DNA of 64,000 bases from Patescibacteria group bacterium (GCA_022564195.1 JADFLW010000005.1:6808-70807), one strand, 5' to 3'; numbered from the stretch's first letter, positions 25,368 to 35,396 are shown. Translations and numbers: made by a program. Notes: generated by a model from the sequence alone, not told the origin.

Positions 25368-26339
25368 TCAAGAAGCGGTAACCAAATTCTCCGGCTCCTT
25401 TCCCGCCAGTACCGCTAAAATGTTAGACACCGTCATCCGCACCATCTCCTCTCGCGCTTCCACCGTTGCACTGGCAATATGGGGGGTCAACACCACATTG
25501 TCCATCGTTGTAAGCCGCTCATTCACTTGAGGTTCAAACTCAAATACATCCAAGCCCGCCCCAGCAATCTTCCCCGACTCAATCGCCTCCACAAGCGCCA
25601 CTTCATCAACGAGCGCTCCCCGAGCAGTGTTAATTAAGTAGGCTGCCGGCTTCATCTTCGCCAACTGATCCCGCCCAATCAAGTGTCTTGTCTCATTCGT
25701 TAAGGGAACATGAAGTGAAACCACATCAGCACGAGACAACAGCTCATTCAAAGACACGTAGTCTGCCTCAAACTCTTTTTCAAACTCCTCATTTCGATGT
25801 CGAGTATGATACACCAGGCTCATCTCAAACCCACGCCGTGCCCGCTGCGCCACCAATGTACCGATCCTTCCCAGCCCAACAATACCCATCACTTTCCCTT
25901 CAAGTTGCATACCTAAAAACAGGCCTGGTCCCCAAGCCCGATATTTTCCCGCCCGCGTATAAGTGTCCGCCTCAACCACCCGCCTCACCACTGAAAGAAC
26001 GAGCGCCCACGTATGCTCCACCACCGCCTCCGTCAACACACCAGGAGTGTTGGTCACCACAATCCCCCGCCGACTCGCCTCACCAACATCGATATTGTCA
26101 TAACCAACCGCGTAATTCGCGACGACTTGAAGCGTATCTCCAGCAGCCTCAAACACCTCTGAATCAATCTTGTCAGTCAAAAGCGGCAAGATCGCCTCTA
26201 CTCCCCGAACCTTCTCCAACAATATCTCCCGGGGAATCGCTCCGCCATCAGTGCTCTGATACACCTCCACTTCATGAACGCGCTTGAGTGTATCAAGTGC
26301 TGTACCAGGCAACTCCCGTGTCACATACACCTTCGCCAT
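25368..26339 (-). CDS. D-isomer-specific 2-hydroxyacid dehydrogenase (glycerate dehydrogenase / hydroxypyruvate reductase-like)
   Basis: NAD-binding GIVGLGRIGTLVA and a catalytic R/E/H-containing C-terminal domain. Confidence 0.85.
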   Translation of the reverse strand: MAKVYVTRELPGTALDTLKRVHEVEVYQSTDGGAIPREILLEKVRGVEAILPLLTDKIDSEVFEAAGDTLQVVANYAVGYDNIDVGEASRRGIVVTNTPGVLTEAVVEHTWALVLSVVRRVVEADTYTRAGKYRAWGPGLFLGMQLEGKVMGIVGLGRIGTLVAQRARRGFEMSLVYHTRHRNEEFEKEFEADYVSLNELLSRADVVSLHVPLTNETRHLIGRDQLAKMKPAAYLINTARGALVDEVALVEAIESGKIAGAGLDVFEFEPQVNERLTTMDNVVLTPHIASATVEAREEMVRMTVSNILAVLAGKEPENLVTAS

Positions 26340-26342
26340 ACG

Positions 26343-27317
26343 CTACGCCCTCTCCTCAACTTGACATTCCGGACATTCAACCAACCGCTGCTCCAGCGCC
26401 TCTCGCGTCAACAGCCCCTCGCGCGCGCCAATGTGCTCTACCACCGAAGCCGCATTCGCAGAACCCCAGCGCATCGCCTCAGCCACCCCCACCCCAGAAA
26501 TCAGACCCGCCACAAATCCAGTCGAATACGCATCGCCCGCACCGGTCCGCTCCACAAACCTCTTCTCTGGGAATATGCCACAGAACCTCACCACCTCACC
26601 ATCAAACGTCCACGAGCCATCCCTACCATCAGTAACCACCACGATCTTCGGACCCAGCTCTCCCAACCCTCGCAACAACGCTTGGAACTCGCCTTGAGTT
26701 CCTAAAATCTCTTCCGCTTCTTTCTTATTCACCAATACCAGCTCAGCGGCCTGAAGAACAGGGAAAAATACCTCTTTTCCTTCACGAATCTGGTGAGAAC
26801 CCGGCTGAAATGCGAGCTTCGCTCCGCTCTCTCGAATGTATCCGGGAATCTGCTCGTGAAGCTTCTCGTGTCCCTTGCCGATCGAGGTGAAGTACACCCA
26901 ACCGGTTTTCTCGAGATTAGGCAAATCGTAGACTCGACCCTCGTGGTACACCAAAATCGTCCGCTCACCCTGAAAGTTAATCACCGCAGAAAAATTGGAT
27001 CGCTTTCCCTTATCAGTAATCACATAATCGCCGGCCACTCCCTCTTTTGTGAAAACTTCCCGCATCTCCTTCCCGTCCGAGTCATCTCCCAACAATGTAT
27101 ACAGTGCTACTTTCAACCCTAATCGCGCCGAACCAATCGCATTGTTCGCCGCATTCCCCACCGCCGCCAATCGCGTCACCTTCGTCACAGGGATCTTATC
27201 CGCATAATTAATCACCAACTTGCACTCTTTGGGATCGATCTCACAATTCACACTCGCCTCCTCAATCTCCAAAAACACATCAATGGTGCTGTCACCAATC
27301 GAAATAAGATCAAACAT
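26343..27317 (-). CDS. PfkB-family carbohydrate or nucleoside kinase (ribokinase-like)
   Basis: C-terminal PfkB signature DTTGAGDAYSTGFVAGL. N-terminal GG-like sugar-binding region. Confidence 0.8.
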   Translation of the reverse strand: MFDLISIGDSTIDVFLEIEEASVNCEIDPKECKLVINYADKIPVTKVTRLAAVGNAANNAIGSARLGLKVALYTLLGDDSDGKEMREVFTKEGVAGDYVITDKGKRSNFSAVINFQGERTILVYHEGRVYDLPNLEKTGWVYFTSIGKGHEKLHEQIPGYIRESGAKLAFQPGSHQIREGKEVFFPVLQAAELVLVNKKEAEEILGTQGEFQALLRGLGELGPKIVVVTDGRDGSWTFDGEVVRFCGIFPEKRFVERTGAGDAYSTGFVAGLISGVGVAEAMRWGSANAASVVEHIGAREGLLTREALEQRLVECPECQVEERA

Positions 27318-28279
27318 TAGAATAGCTCCTTTGCCGCCGCCACGATGTTCTTGGCTTTCAGGCCAAATTTTTGAAGTAACTCATCAGGCTCTCCGCTCTC
27401 CCCAAATCGATCTCTCACCCCCACCCGCCGCATCGGCACGGGGTGCTGCTCAACCAAAAGTTCTGCGACCGCTCCCCCCAAACCTCCAGTTATCTGGTGT
27501 TCCTCGACCGTCACCACCCGGCCCGTTTTCTTGGCACTCATAAGAATAGTATCCTGATCAATCGGTTTAACCGTGTGACAATCAATCACTTCCCCATCCA
27601 CCTCTTCAGCTGCCATGAGTGCTTCGTAAACCAACGGCCCACAGGCCACAATCGTCACTCGTTTACCCATCCGAAACACCTCGGCTCTCCCAATCTGAAA
27701 TGGCGTCATTTTCGTCGTAAAAACTGGTGTCTTCTCCCGTGCAAAGCGAATGTACGTCGGCTTCCCATTCTCCGCTGCTGCTGCCGTCGCCTTCCTGCTT
27801 TCATGGTAATCACATGGTGCAATCACAATCATATTTGGCAGCGCCCGCATAATTGCTATGTCCTCCAGTATCTGGTGTGTCGCCCCATCGGGCCCCACCG
27901 ACACGCCGGTGTGCGCCCCACCAATGTTCACCGGCCGGTCGTTGTAGCAAATGGTTGTACGAATCTGCTCCCAATTCCTTCCGGGAGAAAAGGCCCCATA
28001 TGAACTGACAAAGGGTATCTTGCCCACCGCCGCCATCCCGCTCGCCACCGTCACCAAATTCTGCTCCGCCACCCCAATCTCTATAAACCGCTCCGGAAAC
28101 TTATCCTTGAACATTTTGGTGCGGGTGCTATCCGTTAAATCCGCACACAACGCCACCACATCTTTATTTTTTTTGCCTGCCTCCACCAACCCCTCACCAT
28201 AACCATTCCGTGTCGGCACTTTCTCAATCTTCTCCGAAAATAGATCTTTGACCAAATGCGCCTTCTTATTAATCATCAC
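27317..28279 (-). CDS. tkt: transketolase, C-terminal (pyrimidine-binding) subunit
   Basis: PTRNGYGEGLVEAGKKNKDVVALCADLTDSTRT matches the second half of a split transketolase. Confidence 0.85.
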   Translation of the reverse strand: MMINKKAHLVKDLFSEKIEKVPTRNGYGEGLVEAGKKNKDVVALCADLTDSTRTKMFKDKFPERFIEIGVAEQNLVTVASGMAAVGKIPFVSSYGAFSPGRNWEQIRTTICYNDRPVNIGGAHTGVSVGPDGATHQILEDIAIMRALPNMIVIAPCDYHESRKATAAAAENGKPTYIRFAREKTPVFTTKMTPFQIGRAEVFRMGKRVTIVACGPLVYEALMAAEEVDGEVIDCHTVKPIDQDTILMSAKKTGRVVTVEEHQITGGLGGAVAELLVEQHPVPMRRVGVRDRFGESGEPDELLQKFGLKAKNIVAAAKELF

Positions 28280-28346
28280 TCACCATTTCTATGTATCCCA
28301 TCTGCCCCTAGAAGGAGCACATTAAAAGGCTCATGGCTTACAAATA

Positions 28347-29204
28347 TTATTCATGCTCCGAAACAATCTTCCCTCCCAGCGTTCGCAAGTTATGAATATC
28401 CTCTAATGCCTGCATCGCCTCTCCTGGTCCCATCGGCGGCTTCCCATGCCAAGCAAAGTCTTTCTCCATAAACTCAACTCCCTTTCCCGGAATCGTGTGA
28501 GCCAGAACCAACGTTGGCTTTTCCGCAATCGCATCTGCCTCATTGACCGCATCAATCACCTGCTCAATATTGTGACCATCAATCTCAATCACGTGCCAAT
28601 TAAACGCCTCGTATTTCTCCTTAAGCGGTTCGAGCGGCATGATATCTTCCGTATTCCCATCAATCTGGATGTTATTCCGATCCATGATTGCCGTGAGGTT
28701 GCTCAAGCGATACTTCCCGGCAAACATCACTCCCTCCCACGTGTTTCCAGCATCCTGCTCGCCGTCGCTCTGCAGCACAAACACCCGATTTTTCTTCTCA
28801 TCCATCCGAAGCGCATAAGCCATCCCCGCCGCTTGACTCGTACCAGAACCCAGCGGCCCACTGGTAGTCTCGAGTCCGGGCAAGGCTGTTCTGTGTGGAT
28901 GCCCCTGCAATCGCGTACCAAGTTTCCTCAGTGTCATCAGCTCCTTGGTCGGAAAAAATCCTGCATGCGCCATCGCGACATATAAAATCGGACAGATGTG
29001 ACCATTCGACAGCACCACATAATCCCTCTCCTCCCACTTGGGGTTCTTAGGATCGTATTTCACCAACCCGCCAAAATACAGCGCCGTAAACACATCCGCC
29101 ATCCCCAGCGGCCCCGCCGAATGTCCACTGCCAGCCTCAACCAGCATCTTGATAAGATCTTCTCGTATAGCGTTGGCTTTATCTTGCAACTCCTCAATAG
29201 TCAT
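28347..29204 (-). CDS. tkt: transketolase, N-terminal (TPP-binding) subunit
   Basis: GSGHSAGPLGMADVFTALYF and GHPHRTALPGLETTSGPLGSG are TPP-binding motifs. Confidence 0.85.
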   Translation of the reverse strand: MTIEELQDKANAIREDLIKMLVEAGSGHSAGPLGMADVFTALYFGGLVKYDPKNPKWEERDYVVLSNGHICPILYVAMAHAGFFPTKELMTLRKLGTRLQGHPHRTALPGLETTSGPLGSGTSQAAGMAYALRMDEKKNRVFVLQSDGEQDAGNTWEGVMFAGKYRLSNLTAIMDRNNIQIDGNTEDIMPLEPLKEKYEAFNWHVIEIDGHNIEQVIDAVNEADAIAEKPTLVLAHTIPGKGVEFMEKDFAWHGKPPMGPGEAMQALEDIHNLRTLGGKIVSEHE

Positions 29205-29262
29205 AAATCTAACCCCACATCAGCATACCCAAAAAACGCAACCCGTGTAAAGCCTCGCTTCT

Positions 29263-29943
29263 TCATGAAACAGCCTCCAAAAGCTCCTCTAGTGCCTTCC
29301 TAATATCTTTACTTTTCCATAAAAAACTTCCCACCGCAAACTCAGAAGCACCTGCAGCCCTACTCAACACAATATGCTTCGGATCTTCGCCTCCATCCAT
29401 CACAATCTCCCCATCAAAACCGGACTGTTTAAGCTTCCTAATTTTTTCTGAAATCATATGATGGAAGTGCTGTCCCGAAAATCCAGCCCGGACACTCATC
29501 AACAATATGCAATCGAGTTTTGAATATAAATTTTTCCTCAACGAAGAGATTGGTGTATATAAATCCAGTGCTAATCCCGCCTGGCAACCAAAATGCTCCG
29601 CTTCTTTAACAAAATCCTCTTGACTCCCCATCCGCTCAACCTGCCCAATCACCCGCACATCCGAAGTTGTCTTGTGAAGCTCAGAGCACTCTAACACATA
29701 ATCCACCGGCTCTTCCGTCATAAAATGAAAATCCAGATTGAGAACGCCAAAATCAATATCCACCAAATCAGAGGGCATCGCCGTCAAGTTATCAGCATAC
29801 TCTCCATCAATCACATCAATCTGCACCCGTGAAATGAGCCCTACACCTTCTGGTGCAGGGCCAAATTTCCTCACTCTTTCAATCTTTTTCTGCACTTCCT
29901 CAACAGATTCCTCCAATATTGCTGGGATAATATGACGCCTCAT
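29263..29943 (-). CDS. rpe: ribulose-phosphate 3-epimerase-like TIM-barrel protein
   Basis: IDVIDGEYADN aligns with the metal-binding motif of Rpe. The gene sits inside the pentose-phosphate cluster. Divergent, so confidence is moderate. Confidence 0.55.
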   Translation of the reverse strand: MRRHIIPAILEESVEEVQKKIERVRKFGPAPEGVGLISRVQIDVIDGEYADNLTAMPSDLVDIDFGVLNLDFHFMTEEPVDYVLECSELHKTTSDVRVIGQVERMGSQEDFVKEAEHFGCQAGLALDLYTPISSLRKNLYSKLDCILLMSVRAGFSGQHFHHMISEKIRKLKQSGFDGEIVMDGGEDPKHIVLSRAAGASEFAVGSFLWKSKDIRKALEELLEAVS

Positions 29944-29992
29944 GATTGCAAAGATTACGCCTCAAGCAACATCACTCCGTAGAGGCTCAAGA

Positions 29993-30442
29993 TTACTGCC
30001 CACGCTCCACCTCATCAATCTTTCCAAGCCTCCTCTTATGTCGCTCCTCTTCAGAAAAAGGGGTCTCCAAAAAAACCTTGACAATACGTTTCGCTACAGC
30101 TTCATCAACAAGGTCTCCACCCAGAGACAATACATTGGCATTGTTCTTTTCTCTGGCCTTCTTCGCCATCTCCTCGTTCAAACAAACTGCTGCCCGAACA
30201 CCTCGAACCTTATTAGCCGCAATCGCTTCACCACTCCCGCTTCTCCCCAGAACAACTCCCAAAGACCCCTTCTCACTGGAAACTCGCCGCGCTACGGGAA
30301 TAATAAAGTCCGGATAGTCGTCACTCGGGTCAAATCTTGTCGCACCCATATCCTCAAATGCATACCCCCATTCCTGAAGCCAGGATTTAATCCGCTCTTT
30401 CAACTCATACCCACCGTGGTCAGAACCAAGATAAACCTTCAT
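29993..30442 (-). CDS. rpiB: ribose-5-phosphate isomerase B
   Basis: MKVYLGSDHGGYELKERI and GVVLGRSGSGEAIAANK are RpiB/LacAB family motifs. Confidence 0.85.
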   Translation of the reverse strand: MKVYLGSDHGGYELKERIKSWLQEWGYAFEDMGATRFDPSDDYPDFIIPVARRVSSEKGSLGVVLGRSGSGEAIAANKVRGVRAAVCLNEEMAKKAREKNNANVLSLGGDLVDEAVAKRIVKVFLETPFSEEERHKRRLGKIDEVERGQ

Positions 30443-30596
30443 TCAGCCAAAATCTAAGCCGCTACTTAAGTAAAGGAGTTCCATAAGCAGTTACAGCAAT
30501 GATACTTAAGTTGAGTCTAGTGAAGTAAGAACACCAAATCAAGAGGGGCAAACCGCGCAAGTTTGCTTGCGAACAACTCTACGGAACAAGTCTGAA

Positions 30597-31679
30597 CTAC
30601 TGATAAAGTTCGGTGTCGGAATGGAAAGCCTTCCAAGCAAACCAAAACAGCCTAGTTGTCACAATTTCATCGCCCGTTGCCAAATTCTCGACAGTCACCG
30701 TGCCCTGATTGTAGGTAATACGCAATCTCACCCCACCCAAGCTATCGCTAATGACCCCATCTGCGTCTGCCTGCAAGACATCCTCTGGATATGCCGTGAA
30801 ACGACCATTGACCTCGACACCAAAAACAACCGCCTTCGGATGAAGTGTTGTATCCACGCCTCCCTCGACAGGAAAGAGCAGCGAAGAGCTCTGCTCGTAA
30901 TCACCGTAGGGGTAGCGGCCGTAATCTCTAGAGAAACCGGTGTTGCGAGACAAGACCGTAGTTTTCGGGTGGAGTCCCCTCCATTCTCCCCAACGCAGAG
31001 TATCCATGGGAATCTGCCTCAAGCGCTTGCCAAAAAGTTCTCCAACTATGGCCTCTCCCGTGATCTGTTGCCAAAGACTTTCAGCTGGCTTTTCATCTGT
31101 TTTCCTATCATACATAATAAGGTCGTTATTATGCAGCTTCCCAGAAATCCCGAACTCCAACACCTGACCATCAACCTTCCGATCAAACGTCAAGGCACTT
31201 CCACACAGCGGACAAAAGGTAATGGCCACTGGATCGCCAGCAACCACATCGTTGACAATCTCGTGCCAATTGAGTATCCGCTGCGGATAGGCACGTTGCT
31301 CGCCCTTATAGTCAAGAGCAAACACCACATCCTCATCCTCAAGCCAGGCACTCGCCTCTTTCGCAGACTCAAACTGAGGATCATCAATCGAGGGGATGCA
31401 ATCCTTAATTGGGCAGCCTTGCATGAGTTGCTTGTAATTCTCGTAGCCCGGAGTGTTTTCATCAAAAGAGAATCCACCCCCTCCAGTCAAAACATCCACA
31501 GCTCTCCCCCCCAGTTCACGTACAGTTTCAGCTGGTCGAAGTGGGTTAAAAAGCCCAATTCTCCAGAAAAAACCCAAGACGAGAAAAACCAAAAGCAAAG
31601 GGATAAACCAACGGTGTCGAAAAGCTCTCTTAAGCGTCTTCGGAACATTCATTGCCCCACCTTTATACACGACCAACAC
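30597..31679 (-). CDS. DUF3179-domain protein, membrane-anchored
   Basis: N-terminal TM helix. The DUF3179-like core is ITFCPLCGSALTFDRKVDGQVLEFGISGKLHNNDLIMYDRKTDEKPAESLWQQITGEA. Confidence 0.6.
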   Translation of the reverse strand: MLVVYKGGAMNVPKTLKRAFRHRWFIPLLLVFLVLGFFWRIGLFNPLRPAETVRELGGRAVDVLTGGGGFSFDENTPGYENYKQLMQGCPIKDCIPSIDDPQFESAKEASAWLEDEDVVFALDYKGEQRAYPQRILNWHEIVNDVVAGDPVAITFCPLCGSALTFDRKVDGQVLEFGISGKLHNNDLIMYDRKTDEKPAESLWQQITGEAIVGELFGKRLRQIPMDTLRWGEWRGLHPKTTVLSRNTGFSRDYGRYPYGDYEQSSSLLFPVEGGVDTTLHPKAVVFGVEVNGRFTAYPEDVLQADADGVISDSLGGVRLRITYNQGTVTVENLATGDEIVTTRLFWFAWKAFHSDTELYQ

Positions 31680-31723
31680 TAAAACATTCTAAATGAAGCG
31701 ACGAATCAGTTCTGTGAGATACA

Positions 31724-32278
31724 TTACTTAATCAATCTAGCCGTTTTCTCTTCAATCTCCTCCGTCGTCTTCGGACCGCTCTTGATCTCCTGCACCACGC
31801 CCTGCTTATCGATAAACACAGCAACAGGCATCCCGATCCCCCCAGCGGCCCGGTAAAGGCTGCCGTCTCCATCTTGAATTAAAAGATACGAAACACCGCG
31901 CTCTCGAGAAAATCGCTCACCAACAGCAACCGACTCTGTATCAGTCCTGTGCACGCCGATCATAACTAAGTCATCGCCATATTGATCCTGGGCTTTCTGC
32001 AGCAGCGGCATCTCCTCAATACAGAACGGGCACCACCCTGCCCAAAAATCCAAGATCACTGCTCGCTCTCCATAAAACTGAGAAACATCAACCTCATCAC
32101 CCTCAAAACTTGTTGCAACCACCTTCGGCGCCGACTCTCCTTTGACAAAACGCCCATCAACCTGAGCCACCGCCGCCTGCTCAGCGCCGCCCGAATCCCC
32201 CTGACGCACCGCGTGGGTACACCCCGCCAAAACCAAAGCAAAAATAACAAGAATGAAAAATCTTTTAAGAGACACCAT
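31724..32278 (-). CDS. TlpA/ResA-like thiol-disulfide oxidoreductase (secreted thioredoxin fold)
   Basis: ILDFWAGWCPFCIEEMP contains the CxxC motif. N-terminal signal peptide. SD GGAGGTG. Confidence 0.8.
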   Translation of the reverse strand: MVSLKRFFILVIFALVLAGCTHAVRQGDSGGAEQAAVAQVDGRFVKGESAPKVVATSFEGDEVDVSQFYGERAVILDFWAGWCPFCIEEMPLLQKAQDQYGDDLVMIGVHRTDTESVAVGERFSRERGVSYLLIQDGDGSLYRAAGGIGMPVAVFIDKQGVVQEIKSGPKTTEEIEEKTARLIK

Positions 32279-32315
32279 TCCTTTTCACCTCCAACTTACC
32301 ATGAAAATACCCCTT

Positions 32316-32334
32316 TCGAACGCTAGACGCGAAC
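32316..32334 (-). repeat. short heptad-motif copy (AACGC-TAGACGC-GAACTTA) between ccdA and the TlpA-like gene
   Basis: Two TAGACGC-like units sit directly 3' of the ccdA stop codon. This is the weakest copy. Confidence 0.35.
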
Positions 32335-33105
32335 TTATCGAATCTCGTATCCGAGACTAAACGCAATCTCGAAAAGCAGCGAATTCAATCGATTATAGGT
32401 CAGCTTATCAGAAATAAATCCAACCGTGTTGTTGAACAGCAAAAACCCGATGATGAAAAGCAGCACTCCCGACACCTTGCTCATCACACCCACGTATCTG
32501 TTGATGGACTTCAAGACACCGGGAACCTGAGCGATAACAAGGGAGATAATCAAGAACGGAATCGAAATCCCCAAAGAATAGACAAACAGCATCGCGGCCC
32601 CTGTAGTGGCGGTTTGGGAGACAGCCGCAAGTGTCAAGATCGCTCCCAGCACCGCCCCCACACATGGAGTCCAGGCCGTTGCAAACACAATCCCAATCAA
32701 GAACGCTCTCCCGTGCCCCAACCGCTCAGCCCATGCCGGAAGACGAAGCTGCTTCCCACTCGCAAGGCTCGGAATCTTCAATATGCCCATGAAATTGAGG
32801 GCAAACAACATCACCAAAATTCCCCCAACACGCGAAATCACCACATCCTGCTGTCGCAAAACCGACCCCAAAGAAGCAGCCGTCGTCCCCAAAATCACAA
32901 ACACCAACGAAAAGCCCAAGATATAAAACAACGAGGTCACCAGAACCTTCCGTCGATGTTGACCAAGTCCCTTCTCTCTCTTCAGTTGATCAATCGACAC
33001 GCCGCTGATGTAACCCACATATGCCGGCAGCAGCGGCACCACACATGGTGCAAAGAACGACACAACCCCACTGCTGAAAGCAACGATCAAATTGAGCTCT
33101 TGCAT
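32335..33105 (-). CDS. ccdA: cytochrome c-type biogenesis / thiol-disulfide transfer membrane protein CcdA (DsbD transmembrane domain)
   Basis: FFAPCVVPLLPAYVGYISG and a second TM Cys (TPCVGAVLGAIL). 6 TM helices. Confidence 0.85.
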   Translation of the reverse strand: MQELNLIVAFSSGVVSFFAPCVVPLLPAYVGYISGVSIDQLKREKGLGQHRRKVLVTSLFYILGFSLVFVILGTTAASLGSVLRQQDVVISRVGGILVMLFALNFMGILKIPSLASGKQLRLPAWAERLGHGRAFLIGIVFATAWTPCVGAVLGAILTLAAVSQTATTGAAMLFVYSLGISIPFLIISLVIAQVPGVLKSINRYVGVMSKVSGVLLFIIGFLLFNNTVGFISDKLTYNRLNSLLFEIAFSLGYEIR

Positions 33106-33108
33106 ACT

Positions 33109-34083
33109 CTAGCTCCCAAAGGTAAACGCATGAACGCGCACCCCTTCGTCAAACTCCATTTCAAGAACATAACGCCCAAATTCCCCCTGCCATATAGGAT
33201 AAAGGTCATCTGTACCAATCGTCAACTCCTCTTGCGCTTTGCCGTCAACCACCACACGAACCTCCCGTTCCATGCTATCAGGAGCGCTCATGACAAGGTT
33301 CACCTCAGAAGCCTTAAAATCGAGCCTCAGTCGAGCGCCCTTCCCCGCAGAGGAAAAGTCTCCGGCAACCTGCCAGTCTCCGAGAAGCTCGACACGATTC
33401 CTCCCTGTCCCAAGATGTCCAGAACCTCGTCCTTTGGTATTCACATAGAGCTCTGGCGTCTGTCCCATCCCAAACCCAACAGAACCCGTCTGTGGCTCTT
33501 GGGTCACTGCCACATCAGCAATACCCAGAAGCTCTTGGATCCGCCGCTCGGTCTCCTCATACGCCCCCTCACCGATACGGTCATAGACGATTTTCCCTTC
33601 CTGATCCACAAGATACTTGTGCGGCCAAAAGTGATTCTTGTATGCCCGCCAAATGACAAAGTCGTTATCCTGGACGACTGGCCAAGCGACGCCGTACTTC
33701 TGCGTCGCCTCCCTGACATTCTCGGTATCCTTCTCAAACTCAAATTCCGGAGAGTGTACCCCAACAATCACAAGCCCGCGGTCCTTATATTTGTTCCACC
33801 AAGCCCGAAGATACGGAAAGGTTCGCTGACAGTTGATACAGCTGTACGTCCAAAAATCAACAAGCACTACCTTTCCGCGAAGATCCTCTATATCCAAAGG
33901 CTCAGAATTGAGCCACGTCCCACCTCCGGAGAATCCGGGGGCAGCCGCAGTACGCAAAACATCCGTCCTGCTTTCGCCAAAGGGAACAAACCTCATCACA
34001 CCTCCTCCTTGATCCCGTAGCCCTCTGTACCAAAGGAAAGAAACAAGAATGACCCCAACCAAGAAAATGCCAAGAATCCTCAT
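33109..34083 (-). CDS. membrane-anchored redoxin/TlpA-family thioredoxin-fold protein with an extra C-terminal domain
   Basis: VVLVDFWTYSCINCQRTFPYL contains CxxC. Followed by an unassigned domain of about 150 aa. Confidence 0.7.
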   Translation of the reverse strand: MRILGIFLVGVILVSFLWYRGLRDQGGGVMRFVPFGESRTDVLRTAAAPGFSGGGTWLNSEPLDIEDLRGKVVLVDFWTYSCINCQRTFPYLRAWWNKYKDRGLVIVGVHSPEFEFEKDTENVREATQKYGVAWPVVQDNDFVIWRAYKNHFWPHKYLVDQEGKIVYDRIGEGAYEETERRIQELLGIADVAVTQEPQTGSVGFGMGQTPELYVNTKGRGSGHLGTGRNRVELLGDWQVAGDFSSAGKGARLRLDFKASEVNLVMSAPDSMEREVRVVVDGKAQEELTIGTDDLYPIWQGEFGRYVLEMEFDEGVRVHAFTFGS

Positions 34084-34143
34084 TTGAAAACCATGTTCAT
34101 GATGTACGGTACAACAGAAAGATTTGAACAGATGTAATCTGAA

Positions 34144-34812
34144 TCACGTCTCTACAGAAAAACGAGAAGGATCAATCAGCAAATGCCTTCCCTCCCGCGT
34201 AATGACTCCCTCCTTTTCAAGAAGACCGAGCATCTTAGTCACGGTCTCTCGAGAAGCGCCGATCATATTCGCCAAATCCTCATGAGTGAAGCGCTTCTCA
34301 ATGCGCAACTGCTTCCCCGTCTTTACTCCGTATTTCCTGGACAGCTGCCTCAGAAGATGCGAGAGTTTATCCCGAACCGAACCAGTTGCAAGCACCGAAA
34401 TCTGCTCCCGAGCCTCAAAAAGCTGCAGCAAAAGTCCTTCGACCACTTGCCGTGCGAGCTTCGGATGAGCAGCAACCATCTCAAACAATCGGTCTTTTGT
34501 TGCGACACAAAGATACGTATCCTCACTTGCTTCAAGAAAAAAGCTTGATTCTTCGCCAAACCCAACTGCAGCAAAAAAACTCATCGGCCCCAATGTGTCG
34601 ATAATAACTTTCCGTCCATCTTCAGTAATGTGATAGACCTCAACCAACCCCCTTTTGATGAAAAAGATTTTGTCTTGATCCTCAGGATCAAACACAATCT
34701 GCATCTTCCCCACTTCTCGTTCATCCAAGAATTGTGCCAGCTTCTGAATCCGCTCAAAGGGGAGACCCTCAAAAAGTGGAAATTGCTTTAAATACCAAAT
34801 CTTCCCCTGCAT
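34144..34812 (-). CDS. Crp/Fnr-family transcriptional regulator
   Basis: N-terminal cNMP-binding fold and C-terminal HTH HEDLANMIGASRETVTKMLGLLEKEGVI. Confidence 0.8.
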   Translation of the reverse strand: MQGKIWYLKQFPLFEGLPFERIQKLAQFLDEREVGKMQIVFDPEDQDKIFFIKRGLVEVYHITEDGRKVIIDTLGPMSFFAAVGFGEESSFFLEASEDTYLCVATKDRLFEMVAAHPKLARQVVEGLLLQLFEAREQISVLATGSVRDKLSHLLRQLSRKYGVKTGKQLRIEKRFTHEDLANMIGASRETVTKMLGLLEKEGVITREGRHLLIDPSRFSVET

Positions 34813-35057
34813 TAGAAAAGCCTCCCTTTAAAGTACCTCACGTATAGTCGCCATACAAGAATGGCAACAACAAACCAAAGGAATAGATGAACAACAAAAT
34901 CAATCGGGGAAAACCTTCGGGGAATAAAATGCAGGAAGCTCACACGACAATAAATCGCCTGAAAAAACCCAGAAGATACACCGGTAGTAAGTAAGGCATA
35001 GCACTTGCTGAAACTGTATGCCGCAAGAATGATGGCAAAAACGATAACGTACTTCAT
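34812..35057 (-). CDS. hypothetical small membrane protein (weak)
   Basis: 81 aa with two hydrophobic helices. No family. Confidence 0.3.
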   Translation of the reverse strand: MKYVIVFAIILAAYSFSKCYALLTTGVSSGFFQAIYCRVSFLHFIPRRFSPIDFVVHLFLWFVVAILVWRLYVRYFKGRLF

Positions 35058-35084
35058 AAAGCAAAATGTGCAGCCAACGAGCGC

Positions 35085-35396
35085 CTAGTCAAAGCCCAAC
35101 TCCGCCCTCACTTCCTCGCTCATCATCTCCTGCGCCCACGGTGGATCGAATGTCAACTCAATCGAAACATCCGTCACCTCCTCGATATCACGAATCGCAT
35201 CACCAACAAGTTGATCCAAAACACCTGCAAGCGGACACCCCGGAGTGGTGAGCGTCATCAGGATATAAACTTTGACTTTTGACTTTTGACTTTTGACTTT
35301 TACTTTATACACAAGCCCTAAATCGACGATATTAACACCCAACTCCGGATCAATCACAGTCTTAAGCTGCGAGTACACTGCTTGCGTATTCACCAT
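35085..35396 (-). CDS. DUF59 / MIP18-family Fe-S assembly protein (SufT-like)
   Basis: LKTVIDPELGVNIVDLGLVY...LTTPGCPLAG...ELTFDPPW. Carries a KVKVKSQKSKVKV low-complexity insert. The ORF is open to 35483. Confidence 0.7.
   Translation of the reverse strand: MVNTQAVYSQLKTVIDPELGVNIVDLGLVYKVKVKSQKSKVKVYILMTLTTPGCPLAGVLDQLVGDAIRDIEEVTDVSIELTFDPPWAQEMMSEEVRAELGFD
35270..35304. repeat. tandem heptamer repeat (TTTTGAC)x4-5 inside the DUF59 gene
   Basis: The plus strand reads TTTGAC TTTTGAC TTTTGAC TTTTGAC TTTTAC. It encodes the KVKSQKSKVKV insert. Confidence 0.65.
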
